A stretch of DNA of 60,924 nt, the filler included, from Sphacelaria rigidula (lineage: Eukaryota), in NCBI GenBank assembly GCA_964200075.2. It is 10 parts of 10 records of this genome, joined end to end, with 100 filler letters (N's around TTAATTAATTAA, not from the genome) between each part and the next. Parts side by side here need not be neighbours in the genome. Positions count along the whole stretch, not along the records: positions 6,104 to 12,106 come from CAXNAA020022869.1; positions 12,207 to 18,209 come from CAXNAA020022870.1; positions 18,310 to 24,312 come from CAXNAA020022871.1; 7 more parts are not named here. One strand, 5' to 3'. How positions within the stretch are numbered: the stretch's first letter is position 1; every line of letters starts with the position of its first letter. Shown piece by piece: positions 12,057 through 24,412 of this stretch. The position numbers and the translations under genes are program-made. A model generated the notes under the pieces. The model did no database searches, was not told the origin of the DNA, and was given only the letters and a program-made list of their open reading frames with translations.

Positions 12057-12294
12057 GAGCAATGCTACGGTAGGGGTGCACTTTTTTCGCGAAGTTTTGT
12101 CTGGTTNNNNNNNNNNNNNNNNNNNNNNNNNNNNNNNNNNNNNNNNNNNNTTAATTAATTAANNNNNNNNNNNNNNNNNNNNNNNNNNNNNNNNNNNNNN
12201 NNNNNNATTGTAGAAACGTGATGTCATGTTTTCACAAGTACTATCATTATATACCCACTGCATGTCCACCTGCAGCTTCTCTACCGTACCTTAA

Positions 12295-12533
12295 CCCCTT
12301 CGGACCTCGCGAAAAACAGCACGAAATCCCGTATGCGAGGTTTCGGGTTTCGTGACCGGGAAAACGCCACCTCGAGTTCGGTGCACGAATCTGTCACATT
12401 TCTATACTTGAACTTCAAGTGGGACACCATTTTCGGGGGCTGCATTATAACCAGGTGGAGAAAAACACCTGTAATTTGCCCAAGAAAACGTCAGTTATAA
12501 ATCGTCAATTTTGCATCAACGGTTCCAAAAGGG
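12295..12533. mobile_element. piggyBac-type MITE (TTAA TSD, CCC...GGG ends)
   Basis: TTAA-CCCCTTCGGACC...GGTTCCAAAAGGG-TTAA. Full homologue at 50400-50631 and a right-end fragment at ~692-769. Confidence 0.82.
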
Positions 12534-13377
12534 TTAACGGAGTATAATATGCTCTACAAGTAGAAAATCTGCCGGTAGGCATTATATACCAAGGTTGATT
12601 CTGGTATGGATCTTTCGATATTCATTGCCGTCATGCATAATTTTATACGCAATCTGTTGCCGTTATCAATAGATTCGACATGCAATATGTCAATAGCTAT
12701 CGTCATCAATAGATTTTGCACGCGGTCTATCGATAGCCATTGCCGTCACCAATAGATTTCGAAAGCTATCGATCGATGCATTTCGTCGCCCGCAATAGAT
12801 TTCGGTGTAGGGCCATAGCAGACTGCTGCCCAAGAGTGTGGGAAACTGGTCTATCGATAGACATTCTCAACGACAATGGAAATATGAGCTTGCCGACCGA
12901 TGGCCATTACGGACGGCAATATTGGCATCTACTGTAGCAGATTATATAGCTATTGCAATAGATGCCGTCTATTGTCGAGGGTGCGAATGATTTCGTATGC
13001 GGGCCGAATGCGGGCATTTGCATTGATACTCCGGGCATCCGCGTATATCTGAGTTTTTTTTTTTTGCGCAAGATTGTCCAGTCGACAGATATCCCAACCT
13101 CGGGGTCACGTGCTTCATCCAATCTCACAGCTGAAAGCCCTACATGATGAGGCGGAAAAGCGCGTAGGGTAATGACTAATCCATCATCAACACGGGACTG
13201 TCAGCGGCTACCATAATAATCATACGAGTAAAAAGAACGCCCTACTCGTACTGTACACCATTAAGGTGCATCTCAAGAACAAAAACAGGACAAATACCAG
13301 TCCAGCCTGCGTACCACCCCCCCCCTTCACCCAGCAGAACAAACACGTGAACATGCACCCTGTCTTTGTAATCTTAC

Positions 13378-14037
13378 CCGGTTGTGAGGATCCACATGCC
13401 CACGCTTAGCGTAAACAAAGTCCACAAAGCTTCGATTCTGAGGTGTAGCACACCACGGCGGTTTAATAACGTCCTCCTCGAGCACCCCCCCCGCTTCCCC
13501 GTCATTCCCAACGACCACAGGTACCGCCACCGCAGTGGCCCAATCGGTGCCCCACCCAAAGGGCCCTGCGCTGGACCGCGCAACGTACTTCTCCTCACGT
13601 GTCCTTGGCGGCTTGCCTGTCTTTTGTCCCCGAAATCTACGGTCAACCCCCAGCTTCGATATAAAAGTTTCTGTTGCTGAGGGTTCCAGTAGCTGATTAT
13701 GGTCATTTCCTGAGCCTGCAGTTATATTATGGTCAGCACTTTCGCCGCCACCGTCTTCAAAATCACCATCGCCGCCGCCACTACTACCGTCTTGACCATA
13801 CTTCGCACCCATATTATTGCCTTCCCTCTCAGCTACCGGGGTCCAGCGGTGCTCGGATGTCAATACCTGCAGCACGACGCTGGTGACCGCGACGGCCAAC
13901 AGTACGCCGAAGACGATAGTGCCCTTCCGGTTAGCTGAGCCCAGGCGTCTTCTGTTGCTGTCGGACATTTGTTCGGTAGTTTGGCTGTGCCGCGGAGAGA
14001 CGGCCCTGTGCAGGCTCTGCTTTGGATGCGGAGTCAT
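13378..14037 (-). CDS. Probable first exon of a type II single-pass membrane protein (Golgi transferase-like topology), function unknown
   Basis: 220-codon frame from ATG 14037 (alternative ATG at MSDSNRRR). Basic N-tail, hydrophobic stretch IVFGVLLAVAVTSVVLQVL, then a Gly/Asp-rich stem. Ends at a strong CGG|GTAAGA donor at 13377. Confidence 0.65.
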
Positions 14038-14851
14038 GCTTGACCAGGAGCTTCCATGGCATCCTGTAACATGCGTACTACCGGCAGCTGTTGTCCGTTA
14101 CCGCTTGTCGGTGATCAGTTATCGGTTATCAGCTGGATGGGAATCTGCCTACTGGTGTTACCTGACAAGAAAGTGTTCCAAAATGTACCCGCTGAAAGGA
14201 AACCGTCGGGTGTATTTTCGCCGCACGACTGGCGGCACAACCGCAGATCGTCAAAGATACAGGGCATTCCACCTCTTTCTCGTATACCACCGTCCGTTCT
14301 GTATCCTTCATTTTTTGCTCCTTCCTGCTTGATTGTTCACACAACAGCAGTTGTCGCCTTCAAAATCGGTGCTCGGTGGTACTTGTAGGAGCTGGACGAA
14401 AATATGGCAGAGCGTGCGAGGGCCCGAGAAGCCGAGGTAGGACATTTTTGTAGCGTTGGACACGGTTTGTTCAGTCTAGATCAAGAACCAAGTGACCCAA
14501 CAGTTGTCTGTGTTGTGTGCGATTGTTCGAGGACTTACGTATCCAAGTTATGGCCACCAACCAGCCCCACGCCAATTATACCACCCAGGAGCTTCCATTC
14601 GTAAGCTCACCATGCTAGCTGTGTGAAGATCGTGAAAATCCAAACCTTCTTGAGATACACGACGGCGGTGTCAGTTCTGTGAAAGTCTCCGAGAGCTGTT
14701 TATATGATGTAAAGAGAAACTCGTTGCTGCGTCGAAGGGCCGAAGAGAGCCCCTGCTTGAAGGGTACCGTAGTGAACGTCGTGAAAGCTGGGTTTAATTC
14801 GTCGGGTTTCCCTACAATCCATTCATCACCTTCACTTGTTCGAGAATCGGT

Positions 14852-15237
14852 AGGCGTTGCTAAAAGAAGCCTGTGATCGCAACACATTTCCCAAGTTTGT
14901 GTTGTCAAGGCAATAATACGGTATCAAAACGCGGGGGTGTTATTCACCGTACGTGGTTCAAGAAGATTGTAGGACAACGAATCACTCGATCTAGCAATGG
15001 AATCGTGTAACCGCGTGAGTGTTCATCATAACGGGATTGAAGACAGGCGTTGCTAAAAGAAGCGTACCCTTCTTGGTATACATTTCCCAAGTTTGTGTTG
15101 TAAGGGCAATACTTAGTAAAAACTCATGGGAGGGGCGGGGGGGGGTATATATCGTACTTGATTTAAAAAAAGTGTAGGGTAACGAATAGCTCTAGCAAGG
15201 AGTTGAACTGCTTAACCGTGTTTCATAATAACGGGAT
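14852..15237. repeat. Diverged tandem duplication, ~193-bp period
   Basis: AGGCGTTGCTAAAAGAAGC...TTCCCAAGTTTGTGTTGT...ATAACGGGAT occurs from 14852 and again from 15045. Confidence 0.8.
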
Positions 15238-18200
15238 CGGTTCAGCAGAGCGAAAATATCGAAGAGCTAGAAGGGGTATAATCGTGGGGGCCCCGTCGGC
15301 CGGTTTGCCCGTTTGTCGTTCAAAATTGATCGTAGACATACATCGCTCCATTCTCGGAATTCACGTTGGGTATCAGTATATGTTCCTACCCAATTTAGGG
15401 GTCCGATATTCACCGCGATACATCTACGTCTCCAAAATAACTGGGAAAAGCGACTTCGAGTTGAAAAAAATTCTTCGGATGTTAGGAAATAATCATTGTA
15501 ACTCAGCGACGACCAGACGCACGTTTGGCTTTCCTCGAGAATCTTTTGCCGCCTATATTTGAACCCTCTCCTCGGTGCGCTCTGTTCGTTATCTCAACAG
15601 CTTCGCCGCAACGCCGAAAATGTAAAGGTTCACGACACCACTGCCGCCCTGGTGAGTGAGGCAGGTAGTGAGCGCGTGAGCTTGTCATGTACTACTTTGG
15701 GCAACGGGATTAAGGAATGCCCATGAATAATTTATAAATACACCCTTGGACGCAGTCAAAATGGGCCACTGGATAGCGTGCATAAAATCCAGCTGCACAG
15801 GCAGTACTGTACACTGCTGTGTAAAGTGTGACGAAAAAAAAGTCAGTGCGTACGCTTTGTTCATGTTTACTGCTACTAACTGCCGCCTGAACTAGCTGCC
15901 GATGTACTAAAGAGTCACCTAGTTCATCGTCGCGTCCCCCATTTGTGCTACGGTATCCATGCGTATAAAGTATAATGACACCACCTTGCCATGAACGGGA
16001 TCGCTCGGCTTCGTTCCTAGAGAAGATATTGGATTGAAATATCGGTCGCCAGAGAGGGCGATGCTTCGTCACATCCGCGAAGTATCCGTGACGCTGTCGT
16101 GTCAGCTGTGTGAAAGCTGTCGCTGACTACAGTGTGCCACCAGATTGTGTTATTTTTTGTCGTGCCTCCTGTCTGTGCGGGATGATGCACATATCGTTAA
16201 ACCACGTAGGCTCACTGGGCCATGAAATCTGAAGCGGCCGCTAATAGGGCAGAGCGAGGACGACGATTAGAGTCCGATAGAAAGGAAATGGATCTCGCCA
16301 ACCTAGATCTCCTGACCCGGCGTACTGCGCGACTCAAGGATCTTTACCAGCACCTCGACAACAGGTACCTGGTATGCGCGTACACGCAATAGTAGCTTCC
16401 CAGGTTCCGGGCCTCTCTCCACACCGAGTGATCAAATCTGGACTGTTTGGATATATGCGTACTCCAACACTCTCGTAACCCGGGTACGAGAACTCACGCT
16501 CGTAAAGACTCCCGACGTGTCACATATATGGACTCCCCTCGGATACCTCAAGAGAGCGTGTAGCTTATTTTCTACCTGAACTCACCTACATTCAGAGATC
16601 TGACATATAATGGACTGAGCCTAAAATCTGCGTCCAGTATGTAGCGGCTGGCAACATTCGCCGCTATTCGCCCCACTCCCCACCGCCTCATGTTGTTGCG
16701 GTCTCAGATACGAAGCTGAACTGAATGGCCGAGGACTGGCGCTAGCGAAGGAGCGGGTGTAATACAGAGAAATGCCCGTTAGGCGGTTCAAACATGAGTA
16801 CATAGCAAAAACAGGACGGCCCTTAGCTGTGTACGCGCGATGGAGGTCCGACAAGGAGTGGCGGCAAAATCGAAAAATGCTGGCCAGTCAATCTTTTTCG
16901 ACAAGCAGAAAACGCTGGCATTGGTACTGACGTTTTCATTTCTGATGACAAGCGTAGTGGGAACGGATGAGGTCACACACGAGCAACATTTTGCATGCCT
17001 CTTTCAATGAGTGAGGTTCATATCTCAATACTCACAGAAAAAATCATCATCCAGGGGTCTCCATGGATTCGAAACTCTGAATCACCCCCTCCCCCCACTC
17101 ACCCTGCTCCTGCGATATGCAAATGTTTTTTGTTTCATCTATGGAAGTCACGTGATGAGCACCGAAATGTTGAAAGTCTCTACCCGAAGTAGAAACGGTT
17201 CTCTGTCTCGAAAGGAATGCGTGGTCAAAAGTCAAACGACAAGCAACAAATGAGTACCCCCTTCCCCCCCCGCCGCTCCTCCGGAGGGACAACTTCAATT
17301 TTGGGGCACAAAAAGTGAATATGTGCACTGGCATTTACGTATGTCTTGGTGGTTCTCATAAATCGTGGCATCGTGCCCTGTACTTAGTAGGCTGTTGTAC
17401 CCTCATCGCCACGAGCTTTGTGGAGGGGGGGTTGTGAGTTGTGAGGGGGTCGAGGGGGAGGGTAGTGAGGGTACTCATCTGTTACCCGTCTTAGTCAGCT
17501 GACCGTTGACTGCGCATCTTTTTCAGAATAGATCACCGTTTCTACTCCTAATAGAGACACCTCCAACATTTGGGCGCTCACGACGTTCTCTTCATATCTT
17601 GCACAAGAACCTTTCGCATGCGGTATCCCTTCCTGTTTCGCCGTCTGTGGCCGCCATCTTTATCCTATGATAGCGATCGTTTTATTGCTACTGTCTAATG
17701 TGTCACACGTTTCATGTTACGCTCGTTTCCTCATCTCTCACACGTCCCGTTTCCCCTTCTATAGCTCCCTTGTATAGTTCACATTCTCCCACGAGGTATT
17801 CTACGTTTCCTTACACTACCAATAGGGCAGTTCTGTGCATCTACTCCCTCCCCCTCACGACTACTGGTATACCTCTTTCTTTCTTCTGGCAGGTCCTGGT
17901 CCACCTTCCGAAATCGTAGTTTCAGGGCTTTCTGGTTGTCCATTGGGCCGTGCAAATATTTCCCCATCCCTATATCTTCTCTCAACCCTTCGTATATCTA
18001 TATCTTCAAGCGTTCTTCCTCATCCCCTTGCTGTCTTAGCGTCACCCTTTCCCTTATTTTCATCATTTTGTTTACGCTTGTCTTGTATTAGGCCGCTTCT
18101 TATAACAGACAAAAATAAAAACCCGGAAAAATGTATTTTTGGAGCTTTGAGTGATGCTACGGTAGGGGTACAGAAATAATTTCTGAGATTAGAATTGTTA

Positions 18201-18756
18201 GGAGCCCAGNNNNNNNNNNNNNNNNNNNNNNNNNNNNNNNNNNNNNNNNNNNNTTAATTAATTAANNNNNNNNNNNNNNNNNNNNNNNNNNNNNNNNNNN
18301 NNNNNNNNNATGAGTTGCTTCATTCTGTGGTATTGCCACTTCCTGAGACAGTAGACAGAGGGGGGGGGTGGAGGGGGAAGTCGGAATAGTCATTCATGGT
18401 GGGGGAGACAACGCCTCCACAGACAACGTCTGCGTGGGCGAGAGCGTTTGCTACATGTATGAAGCACGTCATACTGCAGTAGGAGTCAGTCGCAATCGCA
18501 TGATCCGTGACCAGCAACATGTTTTGCCGTTTCCGGACAGCAAATCAACACGACAGCAGCCAGTGATGGCGCGAGCTCGTACGTTTCATGTGTGGTGGTT
18601 GCGTGTACAGTAAGTAGCACGAACATGTCAGCGCGCGCACACACAAGAGCAGCAACAACAACGACAGTGGAATAATATATCCGTAAACACACGATAAATC
18701 GTGCACCGTCTTCAGTAAGAGCTTACCCCGGTCCGTAGCCGCTCTTATCCGTGGTT

Positions 18757-19015
18757 GAGCAATGCTACGGTAGGGGTGCACTTTTTTCGCGAAATTATGT
18801 CTAGTTCAGGGGCTCCTAACGATTCTAAATGCACAAAAATACGGGTCAGGCCATCCCCCCGTTTGCAAATTCATTCGAGATATTCCCAGCGCATTGGAGT
18901 AGTAATCCTGGCGTACTTTCAGATATTTTCATAGGTCATGTTTTGCATGAGATGAAGGACTCCTGACAATTCTAACCTCAGAAAATATTTGTGCACCCCT
19001 ACCGTAGCATCACTC
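18757..19015. mobile_element. Second Sola-like MITE family (GAG...CTC ends, 4-bp TSD)
   Basis: TIR GAGCAATGCTACGGTAGGGGTGCAC / GTGCACCCCTACCGTAGCATCACTC, flanked by GGTT on both sides. Truncated copies at contig ends 12057-12106 and 18149-18209. Confidence 0.88.
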
Positions 19016-19590
19016 GGTTGAAATATGCTTGATTTTAGTGTGAACACCGAAATTCAGATCTTTGGTGGGGCTGACAGTCCCGAGTGCCTCCTACTGTAGG
19101 AGCATGCGCAGGATACGTTCTTGTCTGAATCAGCGCCACAGGCGCCGATTTCACGCCTACCAACGCATTTGCATCTCCCTTGCCCAAGGGTTCTCGGGTT
19201 GCCTTGATTGGGCTTGGGCTTGAGCTTAGGCTTAGGCTCCGGCGTGGGGTTATAAAATATGTCAACTGTGGATTCGGGGCTACGAGCTGGGGTTAATTCA
19301 TATCACCGTCTCTTCCGTCAACCATGGCGGAAGTTCGATGCAGGCCTGTTGACCGAGCACATTTTTTTCTTTTGCCAACGATCCTGCAAAGTCAAGCGCC
19401 CATTTCACTCCAATCGTTCCATCTCCACGCTTACAAAAAACCAATACTTTAATACCTTTCGGGGGACTAGTGTTGTCAGCGGACGAAATCTTGGCATGGA
19501 AAGCATGGACGTTCGGAGAGTCGAAACCCTTCGGCCGCTCTAGAGCGGTGTCCGTCCGTTGAGTCTGCATCATTCGTCACTCGGAATAAC

Positions 19591-20028
19591 TGACTGCATT
19601 ATTTCCAAAGTGAAGAATGACGGCATGTTTTTCCAACCTGAAACAGGGCTGCATAATTTTCAACCTGGAACACGACTGCATATTTCCCAACGTGGAAAAT
19701 GACTGCATATTTTCCAACGTGGAAAATAACTGCATAATTTGCAACATGGCAAATGACTGCAGATTTTCCAACGTGGAAAATGACTGCATCATTTTCAACG
19801 TGAAAGATAACTGCATATTTTCCAACGTGGAAAATGACTGCATAATTTACAATGTGAAAGATAACTGTATATTTTCCAACGTGGAAAATGACGGCAAAAT
19901 TTCCGACCTGACGAATGGCTGCATAATTTCCAACGTAAAAAATGACTGCATAATTTCCAACATGACAAATAACTGCATATTTTCCAACGTGGAAAATGAC
20001 TGCATAATTTCCAACCTGAAAAACGACT
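19591..20028. repeat. 27-bp minisatellite, ~16 units
   Basis: Consensus TTTTCCAACGTGGAAAATGACTGCATA repeated head to tail. Each unit contains a TTTTCCA-ACG-TGGAAAA inverted repeat. Confidence 0.92.
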
Positions 20029-20275
20029 CAGAACCAGGTGTCCATCCATCTGCACGGCACTCAACACAAAGGGACGGTTTGTTGAGCTTGAACGAAAAAA
20101 GCTGCAAATATTTTCCAAGAAAAACCCAACCGTTTTGCGGTTTTCATATTTTTTTTGTCAGCTGGCGTTCCTTTTTGTTTTGTCGTGTCTTCCTAAATTT
20201 TGTTCTTGTTTTGTTATCAACAACAACAACAACAACAACAATCGTGTTTTTTTCTCAACCGCGTTTTTTTTACAG

Positions 20276-20350
20276 GTCGGGGTCATACGGGAAGCCCTGG
20301 TGGGGCGCGTGCAGCCTCAAGTCGCGCAGGCTGTACGAACGGCGATCGAT
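20276..20350 (+). CDS. gatA: Glutamyl-tRNA(Gln) amidotransferase subunit A, internal exon
   Basis: TTTTACAG acceptor, GTGAGA donor, phase 0-0. VGVIREALVGRVQPQVAQAVRTAID matches GatA IGVPKE...DPEVxxAVxxAI and splices in frame to the 22844 exon. Confidence 0.8.
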
Positions 20351-20559
20351 GTGAGAAAGATTATTTCTGGTGGTACCTTATTTCATGGGGACAGGGAAAA
20401 GAGCGTGGCATGATTCAGGTTTATAGCGCTGTAAATCATCCTCTTTCCCCACCTCCTTGTTCTCATGTTGTTTTACTTGCCGCAAGCACACTGAAGGAAG
20501 CACTCGAGTAGTACTCGTATAGTATTTTTTTTTAAGTAGTTCACATTTATTTATTTTAT

Positions 20560-21103
20560 TACTTCCTCTGCCCCATAAGTAAAAGTACCTTGATTCGTAC
20601 GTGCCCTCAACGATGTCCGATCGTTTTTATTTTATTTATGGATGGACTTTACGTTGTTTTTTGTTTTTTGGGTAAAAATAATGTTTTTAAATTTTGCAGG
20701 TCGTACTTGAACTTTGCCGCCGAACGGCTGCAAAAAAATTAGTCGGCCCAAAAATGGCCGTTTTTTGCCCCTTTCCGAGGGAGAAAAAAGTGTCGTTTTT
20801 TTTTTTTTCAATCGCCCCCGCCTTCACTGGGGCTGCCAGGAAGTCCCACGCGATTCAAAAGTATTCGAAGAAGAAAATTTCGACACTTTTTTTCCCCTCG
20901 GAAAAGGGTAAAAAACGGTCATTTGGGGGCTTACTACTTTTTTTGCAGCCGTTCGGCGGCATGGTTGAAGCACGAGCTGCAATTTTCAAACACATTTTTC
21001 TTAACCCAAATAACACTGTAGAGTTCAATAAAAAAAAAACGATCGAATATCGTTAAGGGCCCGTACAAATTTAGATGCCTTTTCTTATGGAACAGAGGAA
21101 GTA
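20560..21103. mobile_element. Foldback/MITE-like element with ~230-bp inverted arms inside a gatA intron
   Basis: Arms ~20560-20795 and ~20881-21103 are imperfect reverse complements, e.g. GCCGCCGAACGGCTGCAAAAAAA / TTTTTTTGCAGCCGTTCGGCGGC. No TSD resolved. Confidence 0.75.
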
Positions 21104-21356
21104 TTATTTTTTTATTTGTCGCACTTTGAACCCTTCCCCTTCCTCGGGACGAGTCCGTGGTCTAAAGGGATCAATCCATCTCTCCCTGGTATATAATCGG
21201 TCATGACGATCTAATATTGGGAAATTCATACTTGGACGTTTCTAGGTGAAAACCCAATAATACATATTGATGCCGATGGTGTAAAAGAGGCAGCTTAAAA
21301 CGCGCCTGCTTTCCTGCAGATCTCACGACCTGACTATAATAACGCAAACTAAAAAA

Positions 21357-21630
21357 TACGTTTTCTACTATAGCCCCCCCCCCTCCCCAAAGTGGCTGTT
21401 TTGGGGAGGCAAAATCCACACATAAATCGGAATGGAAAAGACCGAGCACAACGGGCAGCTGGGAATTCCCACGCTTGGGTTCGTTTTCGCCAATGTCGCC
21501 CACGTGAGGCGCTTCATGCAGCCTAAACACAAACATAAGGCGCTGTAAGACCATTTTTTCGTGACAATTTGGGACTAATTTCGGGGGGGGGGGGGGGGTG
21601 AGGTGGAGGGGGGCTATCGTAGAAAGTGTC
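21357..21630. mobile_element. MITE with CTACGATAG-core TIRs (third family)
   Basis: Left TACGTTTTCTACTATAGCCCCC, right GGGGGCTATCGTAGAAAGTGTC, AAAA on both flanks. The right end recurs at 42719-42798. Confidence 0.6.
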
Positions 21631-22074
21631 AAAATAGGTATGCTTTGAAATTCACTCAATCCCTTTCCACCGAATTTGCCCCGCTCCTGTTCAGTATTTT
21701 TTTGCTCTTGAGTGAGGCCGCGGTAGCCCACTCCCTCAGAAAAGTGTAATAGGGACCGAGGCAAAATCTGCATGTGAGGTGCTTAGACCTGGTTTCTGAA
21801 ATTAGCTCTATTGCCATTCTTCTAAATATGTCTTGAGAAGTGATTCCCTGAAATCAGCTGTGTCTAGATTCTTGAAAATAGTTTTCAAGACTTGGTTTCT
21901 GAAACCAGTCATCATCAATTATCTCGACGCGCTGCGTGGCCATGATGGTTTCTTATTTGCCCTGTTGTCGCGCTGTGTGGCATCATTATTTATGCTGTAT
22001 TGTACCACACGGTGGTTGACCGTTTCGTGCCGTGCTTTGCTCTGCTCGCGCTTTGTCGTAATGTGAAATGGGTT

Positions 22075-22128
22075 GTTGCTGCTGCTGCTGCTGTTGTTGT
22101 TGTTGTTGTTGTTGTTGCTGTTGTTGTC
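22075..22128. repeat. (GCT)n(GTT)n microsatellite
   Basis: Direct reading of the sequence. Confidence 0.9.
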
Positions 22129-22843
22129 TTGACATTGAAAACCATTCCGACATCTGGGCATTACCTCCCAACTTCCGTACTGGGCACATGATGCGGACGC
22201 CTTCCGCGGTTACAAACTAACTGCCTAAAATTAGTCTCATTATTGTTTCCGCACACTAGTCCGATCTCTCGAACCCGTGGTTACGGACGTAGGCTCGTCT
22301 TTCCAATACTGTCCCTGCTATTCCTCACAAGACATGGAGTCCTCAATTTTATTTTAGACTCCAGCTAAAAAGTAGAGTGCAAGTATTGGTGAAAACTACT
22401 GCTCATACGTATGGTATCGCTGAACGTTCTGACCTTTGCACACTAAAATACAAGAACTGTGTATTTGATATCTAAAGCATCAGTTATAATGCGCTTGCTT
22501 CGTGACGGCTGTCTGTACATCGTTGTTCGGGCTCCGCTGTATCGGTTTGCCGTGTCTCGGTCACTGTTGTCGTACTGCCTGTCTAGTTGTTCAGACCTAT
22601 TCGGACATACGCCCAGTGCAAGAAACACCGATCGATGTGGGAAATAAATTTGGGTTCTCGATTGGATCCAAACTGGTCACTGCGAGCTAAACTCACGGTT
22701 CAAAATAATGTCTGACCGTTTTTTTTCTTTTCCCTCCATTTTTTTTTTTCGGGGGGGAGGGGGGAGGCTGCAGTATCATTTGGTCTGTACACTACTGCAC
22801 AGGGTAACTGTACCGGTAACTGTTTCTGTTTTTCCTCCCGTAG

Positions 22844-22977
22844 GTGATGACGTCACTGGGAGCGGAGGTGACGGAGGTGTCACTACCCCGCCTACCGCAG
22901 CAGTGCGCTGCGTATTACGTGAACGCCTTGTCGGAGGCGTCGGCCAATTTGGCGCGATTTGACGGCATCCGATACGG
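22844..22977 (+). CDS. gatA: Glutamyl-tRNA(Gln) amidotransferase subunit A, internal exon
   Basis: CCCGTAG acceptor, GTGAGC donor. [45 protein letters not shown] carries the GatA signature EASSNLARxDGxRYG. Confidence 0.93.
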
Positions 22978-24155
22978 GTGAGCGAACGACCAAGAAAGAG
23001 GAGCGAAAACGCCACCGAGCACTATGATAGCTGAAGTCCTTCTGTACCATGTGTATTGTGTGTGTTGCTATCACATCTGTTCTGGACGCCAGCCTACACC
23101 CTTTCTGTGTATGTGGGCGCATCAGCCGGGGTCACAGAGGGAGAAAAAGAGAACACAGGAGATTATATACATATATATACTCTATTTATTTTGCTTATTA
23201 AAACTTCACACCTTCCTTCTTTCTGCGGTGCTTGCCTTACGTTGTATCGCGAAAAGGGTCCGGCGCGGTCCCTGTTTTAAAGGGTCGGTCGAATATCGAT
23301 TCGTCTGAGAATTACTTGCTTTTTGGTGTAACTGATTCGTACCGCACAAATCAATCCTTCAACTTTATTTTCAGCATTGCACCCTAGGTGTAGGCGCACC
23401 CCCAGGCGCGTGGAATAGCGTGAAAATTTGCGTCGAGATTGTTCTGACCCGCGGTCAACTTTTTTTCTCCCTCTTCCGAGTAATCAGACCTCAGAAATCG
23501 TAGGTTTGGTGATTCGAACCGGCGGTGATTCGCCCGACGCTTGGTTCCGCTCCCTCGTCGACCGGGAAGTCGAAGGTCGTGTACCCACGACATGGTCGCT
23601 GTCCACTTTTTGGGTATGATGTGTGAGAAGATAAAAAAAGATCGTGTGTGACTTCACCGAGGTTCGAACCACGTCAAGATGTGGGAGCTGTTATTAACAG
23701 TCCCTTGTTTTGAAAGATTGTCGGTACATATATAAGAGCAACACTACGGAGATGGCTGAGGCGCGACCAGCCATCTGAGTTGCTTTTCTGAAACGTTTGC
23801 CCATCATCCACGCGCTACAGCCATGATAGCTAAAATTAAATTCTACTGTTTACCAAGTGAAATAAGTACTTCCCGATTATTTTTCTTCAATTGCCGATAG
23901 ACGTGCAGCAGAGACTTTGTCTGCCTCGCTTTTTATTTTTTTTTACTGCTGTCCTCTTGGTGCCGCTGCATAAATTATGATAAAAATGTTGGTTCGATTT
24001 CCGTCAGATGAGTTTAGTTCGGATTTATGTGTTCTGGGAGTATCTATTTTTCCTCCTCGTTGAAAAGAGCGAGGACGTGAATAGCAATATTAGTTTGTTT
24101 GGTAGAGTGTCACTGACGGAGTGTTTGACGGAGATTTGTGTGTGTGTTTTTTAAG

Positions 24156-24206
24156 CCGACGCGGTGCTGCGGGAGTGCTGACCCCATCCGCGATATACAC
24201 CAGAAG
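24156..24206 (+). CDS. gatA: Glutamyl-tRNA(Gln) amidotransferase subunit A, short internal exon
   Basis: TTTTAAG acceptor, AG|GTAAGG donor, phase 2-2. Continues the frame as (G)RRGAAGVLTPSAIYTR(S/R), matching the GatA YGxR...xYxxSRxEGFG stretch. Confidence 0.75.
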
Positions 24207-24412
24207 GTAAGGCGTCTACAAGTAGTGGGGCAGTGTCCTCGGTACTGGGAAGGTGTACCCATGATCATGCATGCCATAGTCACAAGACCATTGACCTCGC
24301 ATCCCTACAATGNNNNNNNNNNNNNNNNNNNNNNNNNNNNNNNNNNNNNNNNNNNNTTAATTAATTAANNNNNNNNNNNNNNNNNNNNNNNNNNNNNNNN
24401 NNNNNNNNNNNN

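Noticed and set aside
19591..20028. CRISPR-like array (palindromic ~27-bp repeats)
   Set aside because: Units are contiguous with no unique spacers, there are no cas genes, and the context is eukaryotic.
23630..23780. Possible tRNA on the minus strand (GGTTCGAACC B-box, CTGTTAA loop, T-run)
   Set aside because: No acceptor stem or D-arm can be formed; at most a decayed SINE head.
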